DNA of 64,000 nt from Christensenella sp. UBA1242 (GTDB taxonomy: Bacteria > Bacillota > Clostridia > Christensenellales > UBA1242), in NCBI GenBank assembly GCA_002308915.1, contig DBWI01000014.1, positions 5,340 to 69,339 of the forward strand, read 5' to 3'. The notes under the pieces were generated by a model that saw only the letters and a program-made list of their open reading frames with translations, made no database searches and had not been told where the DNA came from. Position numbers and translations under genes: made by a program. Positions 19,515-29,994 of the stretch are shown one piece after another. Position 1 is the stretch's first letter; each line of letters starts with the position of its first letter.

Positions 19515-20879
19515 ATGGAGAAAAAGATGCAAGATATTAAAAATTTATGGGAAAAAGTTCTTTCTAGAGTGGAAACAAATGTTAGTGTTGTTTATTACGA
19601 ACTTTGGATAGAACCTTTGGAACTTATTGATTACAAAGACAAGCTTATTATTGCTTCAAATTCACAAAATGCAAAAAAACAAGTTCTTAAATATCATCAA
19701 AAAGAACTTAGCGATGCAATTGCAGATGTATTTGGTGAAGAAATTGAATTTGAGATTTTGGACCCACAAGAAAAAGATGAATATCTTAAACAAAATAAAA
19801 CAGAAGAAACTCAAGTTTTTGAAGAAGATGAAAAGAAATTTGTTTTTAATCCAAAGTACACTTTTGATAACTTTATTATAGGCAAAAGCAATCAATACTG
19901 TGCTGCAGCTGCTCGTGCTGTTGCAGAAAATCCAGGACAAAAATTTAATCCACTATTTATTTATGGTGGCGTTGGTCTTGGAAAGACTCACCTTTTGCAC
20001 GCAATTGGAAACTATATAAAACAAAACAATCCAAAACTAAAAATTCAATATGTTACTTGTGATCAATTTACAAATGATTATATTGCATCACTTGGAACAA
20101 ACAAAGAAAAAAGCACAATTAAAGGCACGGTTGAATTTAGAGAAAAATATAGAAATGTTGATGTTTTGATGGTTGATGATATCCAGTTCATTTCTGGAAG
20201 AACAAGTACACAAGAAGAATTCTTTAATACTTTTAATGATCTTTATCAAAACAACAAACAAATTATTATATCTTCTGACCGTCCACCAAAAGAAATTGAA
20301 ACACTTGCAGACAGACTTACTTCAAGATTATTGAGCGGTTTGATTCAAGATATGCAAATGCCAGATTTTGAAACAAGAGTTGCAATTTTGAGAAAAAAAG
20401 CACAACTTGAAAGATATTTTATTGATGATGAAGTAATTGAATTTATTGCAGAAAAAGCTGCAACAAATATTCGTGAAATGGAAGGACTACTTAGTAAGGT
20501 ATACTTCTTCGCTTCCCTTCTTGGTAAAAAAACAGCAACAATTGAAGATGCAAGAGAAGCACTAAAAGAGCAACTTGATATTCAAAAAGAAAAATTGACA
20601 CCAGAGTCAATAATAAAAACAGTTTGCGATTATTATAGTATTGACTATGCTGAAATTACAGGCAAAAAGAAGTCAAAAGAAATTGTTGAGCCAAGAATGA
20701 TTTCAATTTATCTTATTAGCGAAATGATGGATTTACCTTTGGTAACAATTGGAAAATTGTTTGGTGGAAGAGACCACACAACAATTATTCATGCAAGAGA
20801 TAAAATTGCAGAACTTGTAAAAAAAGATCAAAAAACCAAGATGATTGTAAACGACTTAAAGTCAAAAATTAATGAATAA
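19515..20879 (+). CDS. dnaA: chromosomal replication initiator protein DnaA
   Basis: Walker A GGVGLGKTHLL, AAA+ sensor motifs and the C-terminal DNA-binding signature GGRDHTTIIHARDKI. The alternative and probably true start is ATG 19527 (MQDIKNLWEKV), which uses the GGAG at 19517-19520. Confidence 0.95.
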   Translation: MEKKMQDIKNLWEKVLSRVETNVSVVYYELWIEPLELIDYKDKLIIASNSQNAKKQVLKYHQKELSDAIADVFGEEIEFEILDPQEKDEYLKQNKTEETQVFEEDEKKFVFNPKYTFDNFIIGKSNQYCAAAARAVAENPGQKFNPLFIYGGVGLGKTHLLHAIGNYIKQNNPKLKIQYVTCDQFTNDYIASLGTNKEKSTIKGTVEFREKYRNVDVLMVDDIQFISGRTSTQEEFFNTFNDLYQNNKQIIISSDRPPKEIETLADRLTSRLLSGLIQDMQMPDFETRVAILRKKAQLERYFIDDEVIEFIAEKAATNIREMEGLLSKVYFFASLLGKKTATIEDAREALKEQLDIQKEKLTPESIIKTVCDYYSIDYAEITGKKKSKEIVEPRMISIYLISEMMDLPLVTIGKLFGGRDHTTIIHARDKIAELVKKDQKTKMIVNDLKSKINE

Positions 20880-20887
20880 TGTTTATT

Positions 20888-20926
20888 TGTGGATAAATTA
20901 AAAATTTTGTCAACAACTTGTCCACA
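20888..20926. promoter_or_regulatory. DnaA boxes in the dnaA-dnaN spacer
   Basis: TGTGGATAA 20888-20896 is a perfect box on the minus strand. TTGTCCACA 20918-20926 has one mismatch. An A/T-rich stretch at 21030-21065 lies downstream. Confidence 0.6.
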
Positions 20927-21078
20927 AAAAGCAAACACAATATATAGTGTAAAAAGAAAAATATTTTTCAAAAAATTACAATAATTTGTTGTGAAAAGAA
21001 CTTGTTAACATATCAACAGTGCATATAAATAAAACAACAATTTAATAATAAAAAAAATAAAAAGATAAGGAGAAAAAA

Positions 21079-22191
21079 ATGAAAGTAATTTGTGATGGAT
21101 TGGATTTGTCTGATGCAGTCTTAAAAGTAAGTAAAGCTATTGCAGTAAAAACAACTAATCCTGTTTTGGAAGGAATAAAACTTGTTGCAGAAGAAGATAG
21201 TTTAACACTATTTGCAACAGATCTTGAAATTTCAATCGAAAAGAAAATAAGAGCAGAAGTTCTTGAAGAAGGAAGTTGTGTTGTTCCTGGAAAGTTCTTT
21301 TGTGAATATGTTAAGAAATTAACAAATGAAAAAATTGAATTAACACTTAATGATAACAAGAATCTTGCTATTAAGTATGTTGATAGTGAAGGCTTTATTC
21401 AATGTTTTAATGAAGATGAATTCCCTAACATTAACTCATTAAGTTCTGCAGAATATTTTGGAATAACACAAAAAGGATTAAAGAATGTTATTAACAGAGC
21501 AATATTCTCTGTTGCAACAGATGATTCAAGACCAATTCTTAAAGGATGTTTGTTTGAAGTAGGTCAAGATGTTTTGAAAGCAGTTACTAGTGATGGTTAC
21601 AGACTTTCACTTGCAAGAGAAGTCCTTAATTTTAGTAACATTGAAACATCATGTATTGTTCCAGATAAAAGTTTGAGAGAAATTAGCAAATTACTTGATG
21701 ATAGCGACACAATAATCAATGTTTATGTTCAAAAGAATTTCTTGATGGTTGACCTTAATGATACAAAAGTTATAACAAGACTTCTTGAAGGTGAATTTTT
21801 GAAATATAATCAAATATTGTCATCTTCTGCAAAAGATACATCTGTTATTGTAAACAAAGAACAATTGTTAGATTCTTTGGAAAGAGCTTCCCTTCTTACA
21901 AGAATCGGCCAAAACAATCTTGTAAAATTTAGCATTAGTGAAGATGGACTTTTGGTAACTTCTAATTCTGAAATTGGCAATATTAAAGAAAAAATAAATA
22001 TTTCTCTTGAAGGAAAAGATATTGTTATTTCATTTAATGCAAAATACTTTTTGGATGCACTTAGAGTTGTTGAAAATGAGTTTATTAAAATTAATTTTTC
22101 AACACAATCAAATCCATGCACAATTACACCTGTTGACGGCGAAAAAGAAGATTATGTATATTTAATCTTACCTATAAGAACAATAAATTAA
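21079..22191 (+). CDS. dnaN: DNA polymerase III beta sliding clamp
   Basis: 370 aa directly after dnaA, RBS AAGGAG. Typical N-terminus MKVICDGLDLSDAVLKVSKAI...NPVLEGIKL and three-domain length. Confidence 0.93.
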   Translation: MKVICDGLDLSDAVLKVSKAIAVKTTNPVLEGIKLVAEEDSLTLFATDLEISIEKKIRAEVLEEGSCVVPGKFFCEYVKKLTNEKIELTLNDNKNLAIKYVDSEGFIQCFNEDEFPNINSLSSAEYFGITQKGLKNVINRAIFSVATDDSRPILKGCLFEVGQDVLKAVTSDGYRLSLAREVLNFSNIETSCIVPDKSLREISKLLDDSDTIINVYVQKNFLMVDLNDTKVITRLLEGEFLKYNQILSSSAKDTSVIVNKEQLLDSLERASLLTRIGQNNLVKFSISEDGLLVTSNSEIGNIKEKINISLEGKDIVISFNAKYFLDALRVVENEFIKINFSTQSNPCTITPVDGEKEDYVYLILPIRTIN

Positions 22192-22192
22192 A

Positions 22193-22219
22193 AGAAGGAA
22201 ACTTTCCTTCTTTTTTTTT
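22193..22219 (+). terminator. rho-independent terminator of dnaN
   Basis: GAAGGAAA / TTTCCTTC stem followed by T9. Confidence 0.75.
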
Positions 22220-22267
22220 GTCAAATTTTGTCGCATATTGTTTTATTATGTGGTAAAATGTCAACAG

Positions 22268-23740
22268 ATGAAAAAGATTATAATAACAATACTAACAATT
22301 GTTATAACCACACTTATTGGTGTTGGTATTTTTCTTATTGTGTTTTTGCCAAGTGAACAAAATAACAATGAACCAGATATTAATAATCAACCAAATAATG
22401 AAATTTTTCCACAAATATTTTGTGATGATATAAGTTTGTATGTTGGACAGTCAAAAGTTATTAATTACACTGTTGTTTGTGGTGCAGAATATTCTGTTAG
22501 TTTTTCTTCTACTTTTAATTGTTTGGCATTTGATAATAACAACATTACTTCTTCTCAAAGTGGAGAATTTAATTTTGATATAAATGTCTTTTTTAATGAG
22601 AAAACTTATTCCAAAAATGTTAAAGTTTTTGCATATCAAAATATCACAGATGTAACTTACAATTTTTATAATTCAAGAAACCAAATTGTTGATAAATTAT
22701 TTGTTGGTGAAACATATATTTTAACAGTAAATTCAGATAGCAAAATTATTGATTCAAATTTGACATATTCAGAGAATATACAAATATTAAATTGTGAAAA
22801 TATTAACAATAAATTGTTAATAACATTAAAAATTTTGAGTTATGATGACATAGAAATAGTTTTTAATTGTTATAATTTTTCAAAAGAAATTACTGCAGAT
22901 TTGTTCTGTTTTATTGAAGATTTTGATATTACTTTTGGTACGCAAAATTTGTATATTTTTAATCAAGATTATGTACAACAAGCTAATAGTGATAACAAGT
23001 ATTCTCAAACATCATTTAGTGTTAGTGTAGATGAAAAATGTGTTAGTGATTATGATATAAATTTGTCATGTGAAAATGTTATCTCAGTTAATCAAAATAT
23101 CATTACAGCAATTGGCGAGGGTCAATGTAAAATTACATTTTCTGCAAAAGATGGAAGTGGTTATTCCGAGAATATTACAATAACAGTTGAAAAGATTGTA
23201 ATAGACACAATTGAATTTACAGATGCTAGTATTGAATTATTGGAAAATGAAAGTTATTTTGTAGAATATTCCTACTCACCTGTTTATGCTATTTGTGATT
23301 TGGAATTTGATAAAAATCTTAACAATGGTTATATTAGTTTTGACACCGCTGGTGAATATAGTTTGGTTTTGACTGATAACATAACAAACAAAAGTTGTAC
23401 TCTTGAAATTACAGTAGTAAGAGAGACAAGTTATGGTTTTGAACTTCACTTTAATCAATCTTTTCTTGATGAATACTCGGCTACTTATGAAAATGATATT
23501 TTGACTTTAACAGGAAAAGACACAACACAAATTACTTTTGATTATATTATTACTCCAGATTATACTGGAAGTATTGATTGTTCTATTGTTGTTTTGAATA
23601 ATATTGATATGGAAATTGAAATACAAAGTATTTCAAACGCAGTAATTTTAACAACTTTGGACAAAGGTAGTTTTGATGTAAAACTAACATTAACAAGCAA
23701 TACAAGTGTAACTTTTACTTTAAAAATCATAATAAATTAA
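22268..23740 (+). CDS. membrane-anchored protein with Ig-like (Big_2-type) segment
   Basis: Start preferred at ATG 22268 (MKKIIITILTIVITTLIGVGIFLIVF, a TM anchor). ITAIGEGQCKITFSAKDGSGYSENITITV resembles a bacterial Ig-like group 2 strand pattern. Confidence 0.6.
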   Translation: MKKIIITILTIVITTLIGVGIFLIVFLPSEQNNNEPDINNQPNNEIFPQIFCDDISLYVGQSKVINYTVVCGAEYSVSFSSTFNCLAFDNNNITSSQSGEFNFDINVFFNEKTYSKNVKVFAYQNITDVTYNFYNSRNQIVDKLFVGETYILTVNSDSKIIDSNLTYSENIQILNCENINNKLLITLKILSYDDIEIVFNCYNFSKEITADLFCFIEDFDITFGTQNLYIFNQDYVQQANSDNKYSQTSFSVSVDEKCVSDYDINLSCENVISVNQNIITAIGEGQCKITFSAKDGSGYSENITITVEKIVIDTIEFTDASIELLENESYFVEYSYSPVYAICDLEFDKNLNNGYISFDTAGEYSLVLTDNITNKSCTLEITVVRETSYGFELHFNQSFLDEYSATYENDILTLTGKDTTQITFDYIITPDYTGSIDCSIVVLNNIDMEIEIQSISNAVILTTLDKGSFDVKLTLTSNTSVTFTLKIIIN

Positions 23741-23792
23741 GGTATTTACAAATTAATAAGTTTAATTTATAATAAAAACAAAGAGGTTGATT

Positions 23793-25997
23793 ATGTATAA
23801 TAAATATTATTACTATTACCAACTAGATTCAAATATTGATGAAATAATTAAAAAATATTTAGAACGCAAAGCAAATAACAAAGACCTAAAGTTTGTTATT
23901 ATTGTTGCCAAGTCACAAATGATGTCTGGCGCATACAAAAAGTTATATAATGAAATAATAAAGAAATTATACCAACATATTGGACCTTATGACATTTCTG
24001 TTTCTGTTTACACAAAAGACCATTATTATTCAACAAGTGATTGGTTAAAAATTAAAGAAGCAGGAGAATTTTTTAAAAAGTATTCAATAACCTTTGGATT
24101 TGAAGATATGAACAAAACTTGGTCTGTTAAAGAAGTTGAAATCGCAAATTCAAAAATTATGAGTTCTGCAAATGAGATAAAAAAAATGGGGCTCTCACCT
24201 TTTGAGTCTTTGATGGCGGCATATCTTAAAGTTACTTCAAGAAAATATACTTCGGAAGAAGAAAATGACCATTGGTCAACATCAAGGTCTGTTTATGGAG
24301 CTCTTAATGGTGGAAAAATTGTTTGTACTGGGTACAGTCAAATTTTGAAAGCCATAATTGATGAACTGGGTGAAGAAAATATTATTATTTACACAAATCA
24401 TGTTGCTGTTTCATGGGAAAATGAACAAATTGATGGATATCATTCAAATGTTATTTTGTATATTAAAGACGAAAAATATGGTATCAATGGTTATTATTAC
24501 CTAGATCCAACTTGGGATTCTAATAGTAAAAATATATCAGAAAAAGATTTGGCACACTTTATGGTTCCACTAAAAGACATTAATAAAATTAGAGGTAATA
24601 TTATATCTGATGATCATGTCTTTCCAAATAAAGATCCTGAGGATAAAAAACCTCAAAATGGTACTAAAAAGAACACATCAAAAAGTGATGAAATATATAA
24701 TAATTTTAAAATAGTCAATGCAACTAGAAGTGTTTCATTTACAAGTGATGGATTTCAGTTGACACAAAAATTTGTTAAAGATTTGCTTAAAATTTATCCA
24801 GAATTTGAGACTTATGTGAGAGAAAAATATAGAGATGAACAAGTAAACAAAACAATTGAATTAATCAATTCAACAGAAGAACAATATAAAGATTTATTAA
24901 ACCAATACAAACAAGATATCTATTATTTTGAAAGTGTTAAAGAGTTGTTTAAAGAATATGGAATAACTTACCTGACATTAAAAGAAGAAACTGATTTGAT
25001 GTTGATTGATTTTGATTCTGATAATAATAAAAAACTAGATGAAATTATTGATTTTTTGGATAAAACAAAACAAGCTCGTGAAGAAATTATGCAAAAATAC
25101 CCAGATGCTGTTAGTAGATTTGTTGATGCTTATAAAAATTATTACAAACAAAGAATTGAAGGATTAAATAAAAACATAGAAGAACAATTAAGAAATTGTA
25201 AAGAAATTTATCAACTTAACTATAATGGTGTTTATGAAGAATCAATACAAAAAGGATATTCACCAGAACAAGCTAAAGAAATAACTGAACGAATTAACGG
25301 AAAAACTTTTGAAGAAAGTCAAGAATACCTTACTTTTATTAGCAGAAAATCAGTTGATGATGATGCAATAAAAGAATGTGAAGATATTTTAATGAACAAA
25401 ACTCCTATTATTGAACAATTTGTAAAATATCACCCAGAAAGTCATCCATCTATTCTGGCATTATCAGATGAAGAAATAAGTGATTGTATTTTCTCTATGG
25501 ATCTTAATATTAGATGGGGAACTGAAGAAAGAGAATATGCGATAACAGAAGAGGATAAAGAAATTTTTGATAAAGAAATTACAAATAGAGGGTTAAAAGT
25601 TGAAAAGTATTTTTCACAAATCGATGACCAAATCGCCTCAAAAAAAGAATTTTTAGAAAGCGTAATACAAAGTAAAAATAAATTTATTAAAAGCTATAGT
25701 GAACTTGGATATGATGAGAACCTTAATGAAGACATTGTACAATATATAATGCGTAATCAAAATTTAGTTAAAGATTTTATAAGCAAAAAGAGTACTCCTG
25801 TTTTACAAGGCGGAATAGCGAATGCACTTAAGGCTGTACTTTCAAAAAAATATAAACAACTTGGCAAAGACCATGTTTATAGATTAGTAAAAGAGATTAT
25901 GGATTATAACTTTAGACATGCACCAAAAGAATTTAAAGACGATGCATCAATTTGTTTTTGTGAAAAAGGAATGGTTGCAGAACAAGGGAAAGAATAA
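23793..25997 (+). CDS. transglutaminase-like cysteine protease-fold protein with long coiled-coil C-terminus
   Basis: AGAGG RBS then ATG 23793. Candidate Cys-His-Asp triad context GKIVCTGYSQIL ... GYHSNVILYI ... YYLDPTWDS. Confidence 0.6.
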   Translation: MYNKYYYYYQLDSNIDEIIKKYLERKANNKDLKFVIIVAKSQMMSGAYKKLYNEIIKKLYQHIGPYDISVSVYTKDHYYSTSDWLKIKEAGEFFKKYSITFGFEDMNKTWSVKEVEIANSKIMSSANEIKKMGLSPFESLMAAYLKVTSRKYTSEEENDHWSTSRSVYGALNGGKIVCTGYSQILKAIIDELGEENIIIYTNHVAVSWENEQIDGYHSNVILYIKDEKYGINGYYYLDPTWDSNSKNISEKDLAHFMVPLKDINKIRGNIISDDHVFPNKDPEDKKPQNGTKKNTSKSDEIYNNFKIVNATRSVSFTSDGFQLTQKFVKDLLKIYPEFETYVREKYRDEQVNKTIELINSTEEQYKDLLNQYKQDIYYFESVKELFKEYGITYLTLKEETDLMLIDFDSDNNKKLDEIIDFLDKTKQAREEIMQKYPDAVSRFVDAYKNYYKQRIEGLNKNIEEQLRNCKEIYQLNYNGVYEESIQKGYSPEQAKEITERINGKTFEESQEYLTFISRKSVDDDAIKECEDILMNKTPIIEQFVKYHPESHPSILALSDEEISDCIFSMDLNIRWGTEEREYAITEEDKEIFDKEITNRGLKVEKYFSQIDDQIASKKEFLESVIQSKNKFIKSYSELGYDENLNEDIVQYIMRNQNLVKDFISKKSTPVLQGGIANALKAVLSKKYKQLGKDHVYRLVKEIMDYNFRHAPKEFKDDASICFCEKGMVAEQGKE

Positions 25998-26002
25998 AAA
26001 AA

Positions 26003-26029
26003 GATAGGGATTTGTTCCCTATCTTTTTT
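26003..26029 (+). terminator. rho-independent terminator
   Basis: GATAGGGA TTTGT TCCCTATC followed by T6. Confidence 0.8.
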
Positions 26030-26035
26030 GTTGTT

Positions 26036-26110
26036 TGGTAGCCTTAACGAGAATCGAACTCGTGATTCCGCCTTGAGAGGGCGGCGTCTTAACCGCTTGA
26101 CCATAAGGCC
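26036..26110 (-). tRNA. tRNA-Glu (anticodon CTC)
   Basis: The reverse complement folds as GGCCTTA-TG-GTC-AAGCGGTTAA-GAC-G-CCGCC-CTCTCAA-GGCGG-AATC-ACGAG-TTCGATT-CTCGT-TAAGGCT-A-CCA. The anticodon loop is CT CTC AA and CCA is encoded. Confidence 0.85.
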
Positions 26111-26166
26111 ATATTTTTGATAGCAATGATATGCTAACAAATTTTTTTTTATTTGGCAAGTAATTT

Positions 26167-26505
26167 TTACATTTCAATATTTATGTTATAGAAATTATTA
26201 AAATCATTATCATAATTATGTCCAAACTTTGCTGACATGTGGTCAACAAAAGCTGCAGAAAGGTCTGTGTCTAACCAAGAAATTGATGTACCCTTTTTGA
26301 TGATTGTCATTGAGTAGTCTGTTACATTAACAAAAATTGTTTTTCCACTTTCTAATTTTGTTGCCAAAATAACATTTTGGTCACCATAAAAAACACCATT
26401 AACAAAACCAACATCTATGTCGCTGTAATCTTCATTAAGTTCACAACCTGCATTGTTAAGAATTGCTCTGTAATCATTAACAGATAATTTGTCTAAATAT
26501 TTCAT
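26167..26505 (-). CDS. hypothetical protein (112 aa)
   Basis: Clean ORF with RBS GGAGA upstream. No recognisable motif. Confidence 0.5.
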   Translation of the reverse strand: MKYLDKLSVNDYRAILNNAGCELNEDYSDIDVGFVNGVFYGDQNVILATKLESGKTIFVNVTDYSMTIIKKGTSISWLDTDLSAAFVDHMSAKFGHNYDNDFNNFYNINIEM

Positions 26506-26625
26506 TTTTATCTCCGTTCATAATATATCACATAAAAAATGTATTTTCAATACATTATAATCAAAAAAAGTTTATTATTTTTATTTTTTGTGATAATATA
26601 TCTATCGAATTAGTTAGGAGAAAAC

Positions 26626-27642
26626 ATGAATTTATTATTACTTAATTGGGATGAAATTGGTCAAGAAACATTAAATATTTTGAAAAAGCTTGGAATGAAC
26701 TTTGCCAATGCACTTGGAATTTTTATTGTTGGTTTTTTGCTAATAAGAGTTATTGTTATTTTGTTAAGGAAAATATTTTCAAAAACCAAAGTTCCAAAAG
26801 TGACATACAAGTTCATTATTAGTGTGACAAAATTTTCTTTATACTTGTTGCTTTTGTTGGTTATTTGTCAGGCAGTTGGAATTCCAACAACAGGATTTGT
26901 TGCACTTGTGTCTGCTGCAGGACTTGCTCTTTCACTTGCCCTTCAAGGCAGTTTGTCTAACCTTGCAAATGGTGTTGTTATTATTAGTACACAGCCATTT
27001 AAGGAAGGCGACTATATTTCTGTTAACGGACATGAAGGAACTGTTATTGAGATGAAAATGTTGCATACAATAATAAAAACTCCCGATAACAAAAGAATTA
27101 GTATTCCAAATTCAAAAATTGTTGAAAATGAACTTATTAACTACAACATTAATGTTACAAGAAGAGTAAACTTTGATTTTTCTGTTGACTATGCAACAGA
27201 TGTTGACAAAGCAAAAGAAATAATCATTAGTGTTATGAAAAGTAGTAATCTTGTTTTCACAGACCCAGCTCCATTTTGTGAACTAAAAACACTTGGTTCT
27301 AGCAGTATAAATTTGTTTGCATATTGTTGGTGTTATGGAAAAGATTATTGGACAGTATATTATTATGTTATGGATAATGTGTTTAATGAATTAAAGAGAA
27401 ATAATATAAATATACCATTTGGACAAATGGAAGTTAGACTTAGAAATGATGAAGTTAAAATGCCATACAGAGAGCAAGAACTTCCAGAAAGAAATGTTGA
27501 ACTTGCTGTTAAACCATATATTCCAGAAGATGGAGATATATTTGATAAAGCATTAAAGAATTTTAAAAAGAAACATCATAAAAAACCAAAAGAACCAAAG
27601 AAAGCAAAAGAAAAAGTAAAGAAAGAAAAAAATAAAAAGTAG
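26626..27642 (+). CDS. MscS-family mechanosensitive channel
   Basis: Three TM helices followed by the MscS beta-domain signature GDYISVNGHEGTVIEMKMLHTIIKTPDNKRISIPNSKI. Lys-rich tail. RBS AGGAGA. Confidence 0.85.
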   Translation: MNLLLLNWDEIGQETLNILKKLGMNFANALGIFIVGFLLIRVIVILLRKIFSKTKVPKVTYKFIISVTKFSLYLLLLLVICQAVGIPTTGFVALVSAAGLALSLALQGSLSNLANGVVIISTQPFKEGDYISVNGHEGTVIEMKMLHTIIKTPDNKRISIPNSKIVENELINYNINVTRRVNFDFSVDYATDVDKAKEIIISVMKSSNLVFTDPAPFCELKTLGSSSINLFAYCWCYGKDYWTVYYYVMDNVFNELKRNNINIPFGQMEVRLRNDEVKMPYREQELPERNVELAVKPYIPEDGDIFDKALKNFKKKHHKKPKEPKKAKEKVKKEKNKK

Positions 27643-27646
27643 ATAT

Positions 27647-27679
27647 AAAAAAACAAGGTTTTGTGACCTTGTTTTTTTG
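27647..27679. terminator. bidirectional terminator
   Basis: ACAAGGT(27653-27659) TTTGTG ACCTTGT(27666-27672) with an A-run before and T6 after. Confidence 0.75.
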
Positions 27680-27690
27680 TTTGTTAATAA

Positions 27691-29010
27691 TTAGTCTTCT
27701 GTTGAATTTGTTGTTAAGTCATCAGCAGCCACGCTTGCAATACATTCAACTCTTTGTTCTGGAACGCTAAGGCCTGGAGTTTTGATGTTTGCACGATGTG
27801 CATAATATGTGTTTGTTGAGTTGTCTGTCATTTGTGCATAGAAGTAAATGTATTCACCTGCAATTTCCATTGCACCTTGTTTGATGTTTTTAATTTCTGC
27901 AATTGTTTGAACATCTTCATCATTTTTGTAACTTTTTCTATAGATTCCATTGCTTGTTGAGTAGTAAACATATTCGCCATTAACAAGTTCAATTGTTGCG
28001 TCTTCATTAACTAAAACTTCAAAATTTCCACCAGCTTTTCCAATATATAATTTTGATTGAGCTTTGTATACAACAGCGTTTTCGTTTATAACTTTGAAAT
28101 CACTTACTGCATCTTCTGTGTTAGGGATTGTCCATACCACTTCTTCACCTATTCCATTCATGAATTTTGAAGAATAGTAAGAAAAGTCGCCATTTTCGTC
28201 TGCTTGTCTATAGTAAAGTGTGTTGTTTTCAAAAGTAATCAACTTCATTTCTTTTTCATTTTTTTGCACTTCTACATTTGCTTTGTTTGCAAGATTATAT
28301 CTGTACAAATAGTTTCCTGTAAGACCACTTGCTTTGTCTGTTTCACTTAAATCTTTTGTATAGAAAATATTTGAAAGAGTTGAATAGTTTGATGGGAATA
28401 CAACATCCAAAACATTTTCAACTAAAGTTGTTTGTGAACCCAAGTTATCTTTGATTTCAAGTTTTGAAATTTTGTTGTTATCAAAAATTAAAAGATATGG
28501 ATGTTCATCTGTAACCAAGAAGAATTTTCCTTGTGTTGTTTCGGTTGTTAAAATTTCCTTAAAGTTTGTTCCATCAACTTTGATTCTAAAGAGTGTTGTT
28601 AAATCAAACTTATCATTACCTGTTTTGTTTTCTTTGTGAACGTTTGGAGATGTGAAGTAGAGATAATTTCCAACAATAAACATATTTGAATTATTGAAAC
28701 CAGCCATTTTTGAATAAACTTTGCTAACTTCTGTTACTCTGTTGTCATCATCATGGAATGTGTATCCATTTTCATCTGTTTTAATTTTGAAAATTGCATT
28801 ATATTCTACATTGCTTTCTTTGTTCATTTCTCCTGAAAGTGTTGTGTAATCAACAAATGTGTTTGCAAAGAAAACATATTCGTCTGCAGTCACTACCCTG
28901 CCACCATTTGAAGATACGCTGTTTACAAGTTTTGGGTCTGCTCCGCAGCCAGCAAAAATAAAACATACGCTAAGCAATAATGCTGCCAATATTGATAAAT
29001 ACTTTTTCAT
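27691..29010 (-). CDS. lipoprotein with repeated aromatic beta-propeller-like blades (DUF5050-like)
   Basis: Lipobox FIFAGC. Recurring blade motifs YVFFAN, GNYLYFTS, NTLYYRQ, GEYVYYST, GEYIYFYA. Confidence 0.6.
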   Translation of the reverse strand: MKKYLSILAALLLSVCFIFAGCGADPKLVNSVSSNGGRVVTADEYVFFANTFVDYTTLSGEMNKESNVEYNAIFKIKTDENGYTFHDDDNRVTEVSKVYSKMAGFNNSNMFIVGNYLYFTSPNVHKENKTGNDKFDLTTLFRIKVDGTNFKEILTTETTQGKFFLVTDEHPYLLIFDNNKISKLEIKDNLGSQTTLVENVLDVVFPSNYSTLSNIFYTKDLSETDKASGLTGNYLYRYNLANKANVEVQKNEKEMKLITFENNTLYYRQADENGDFSYYSSKFMNGIGEEVVWTIPNTEDAVSDFKVINENAVVYKAQSKLYIGKAGGNFEVLVNEDATIELVNGEYVYYSTSNGIYRKSYKNDEDVQTIAEIKNIKQGAMEIAGEYIYFYAQMTDNSTNTYYAHRANIKTPGLSVPEQRVECIASVAADDLTTNSTED

Positions 29011-29148
29011 AACAATTCCTTTTCTAGTCTTTATTTATTATTGTTTGTTTTTTGAGTGTCATTTGACACATAACAATTTCGCTTTATAATTTTATATATT
29101 TGTAATATATATGTCAAGCAATAAAATTATTTTACTTTTAATATAGTA

Positions 29149-29871
29149 CTATATTTTTTTAATAAGTGCAACAAATTCGATGTTACCATCTCCACCTTTT
29201 ATGCAAGATTGAGCAAGATTAAGAATATGAATATTTTTTGATGCAAAATCTTTTGTTACTTCATCAATAACTTTTTGGTGAATTTTGTTGTCTTTTATTA
29301 CTCCTTTGAATTTTTTTGCAATATTTTTGCCACACTCAAATTGTGGTTTTATTAAAATTATCCCCAAATCCCCAGAATTTAGTATTTCGGAAATCTTGAA
29401 AGAGATTTTTGTGAGTGAAATAAAAGAAACATCACAGACAACAAAATCTACATCTTGGATATTCTCTTTTTTTATTGTTCTTATATCACACTCTTCCATT
29501 ACAATAACTTTGTTATTGTTTTTTATTTTTTCAGCAAGTTGATTTTTTCCAACATCAACACAATATATTTTTTTTGCACCATTTTGCAAGCAGTAATCAC
29601 TAAAGCCACCAGTTGAAGAACCAATATCCAAAACGACCTTATCTTTTACGCTAATGTTGAACAGTTTGCAAGCACCTTCTAGTTTTAGTCCAGCACGAGA
29701 AACATATGGACAAATTTGTCCTACAATTTCTATTTGGTTATTTTCGTTAACTTCAAAACTAGATTTTGTTACAATTTTTTTATCAACAAAAACAGCACCA
29801 GCTTTTATTAATTCCTGTGCCTTGTTTCTGGAAATTTCTTTGTTTTTTTGCAAATATAAATCCAATCTCAT
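29149..29871 (-). CDS. tlyA: TlyA-family rRNA 2'-O-methyltransferase (S4 + FtsJ-like domains)
   Basis: Start at M13 (MRLDLYLQKNKEISRNKAQELIKAGAVFVDKKIV, an S4 domain). SAM motif VLDIGSSTGGFSDY...VDVG. Confidence 0.8.
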   Translation of the reverse strand: MRLDLYLQKNKEISRNKAQELIKAGAVFVDKKIVTKSSFEVNENNQIEIVGQICPYVSRAGLKLEGACKLFNISVKDKVVLDIGSSTGGFSDYCLQNGAKKIYCVDVGKNQLAEKIKNNNKVIVMEECDIRTIKKENIQDVDFVVCDVSFISLTKISFKISEILNSGDLGIILIKPQFECGKNIAKKFKGVIKDNKIHQKVIDEVTKDFASKNIHILNLAQSCIKGGDGNIEFVALIKKI

Positions 29872-29945
29872 ACAAATAAAAATAGCAACAAAAGTAAAAT
29901 TTGTCAAATAAGAGCAAAAAAGTTAACAACTTTCAAAAAAAAGTG

Positions 29946-29975
29946 TTGACAAATAAACAATAAGAGTGTTATTAT
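29946..29975 (+). promoter_or_regulatory. candidate promoter of tRNA-Ala
   Basis: TTGACA 29946-29951, 18-nt spacer, TGtTATTAT extended -10 (29967-29975). Confidence 0.5.
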
Positions 29976-29994
29976 TACCAAGCATTAAGCAAAT

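Noticed and set aside
25904-26140. ORFs overlapping tRNA genes (25904-26140, 30001-30216, 32657-32842, 61807-62067)
   Set aside because: They are translations of tRNA and terminator sequence. None has an RBS or plausible protein features.
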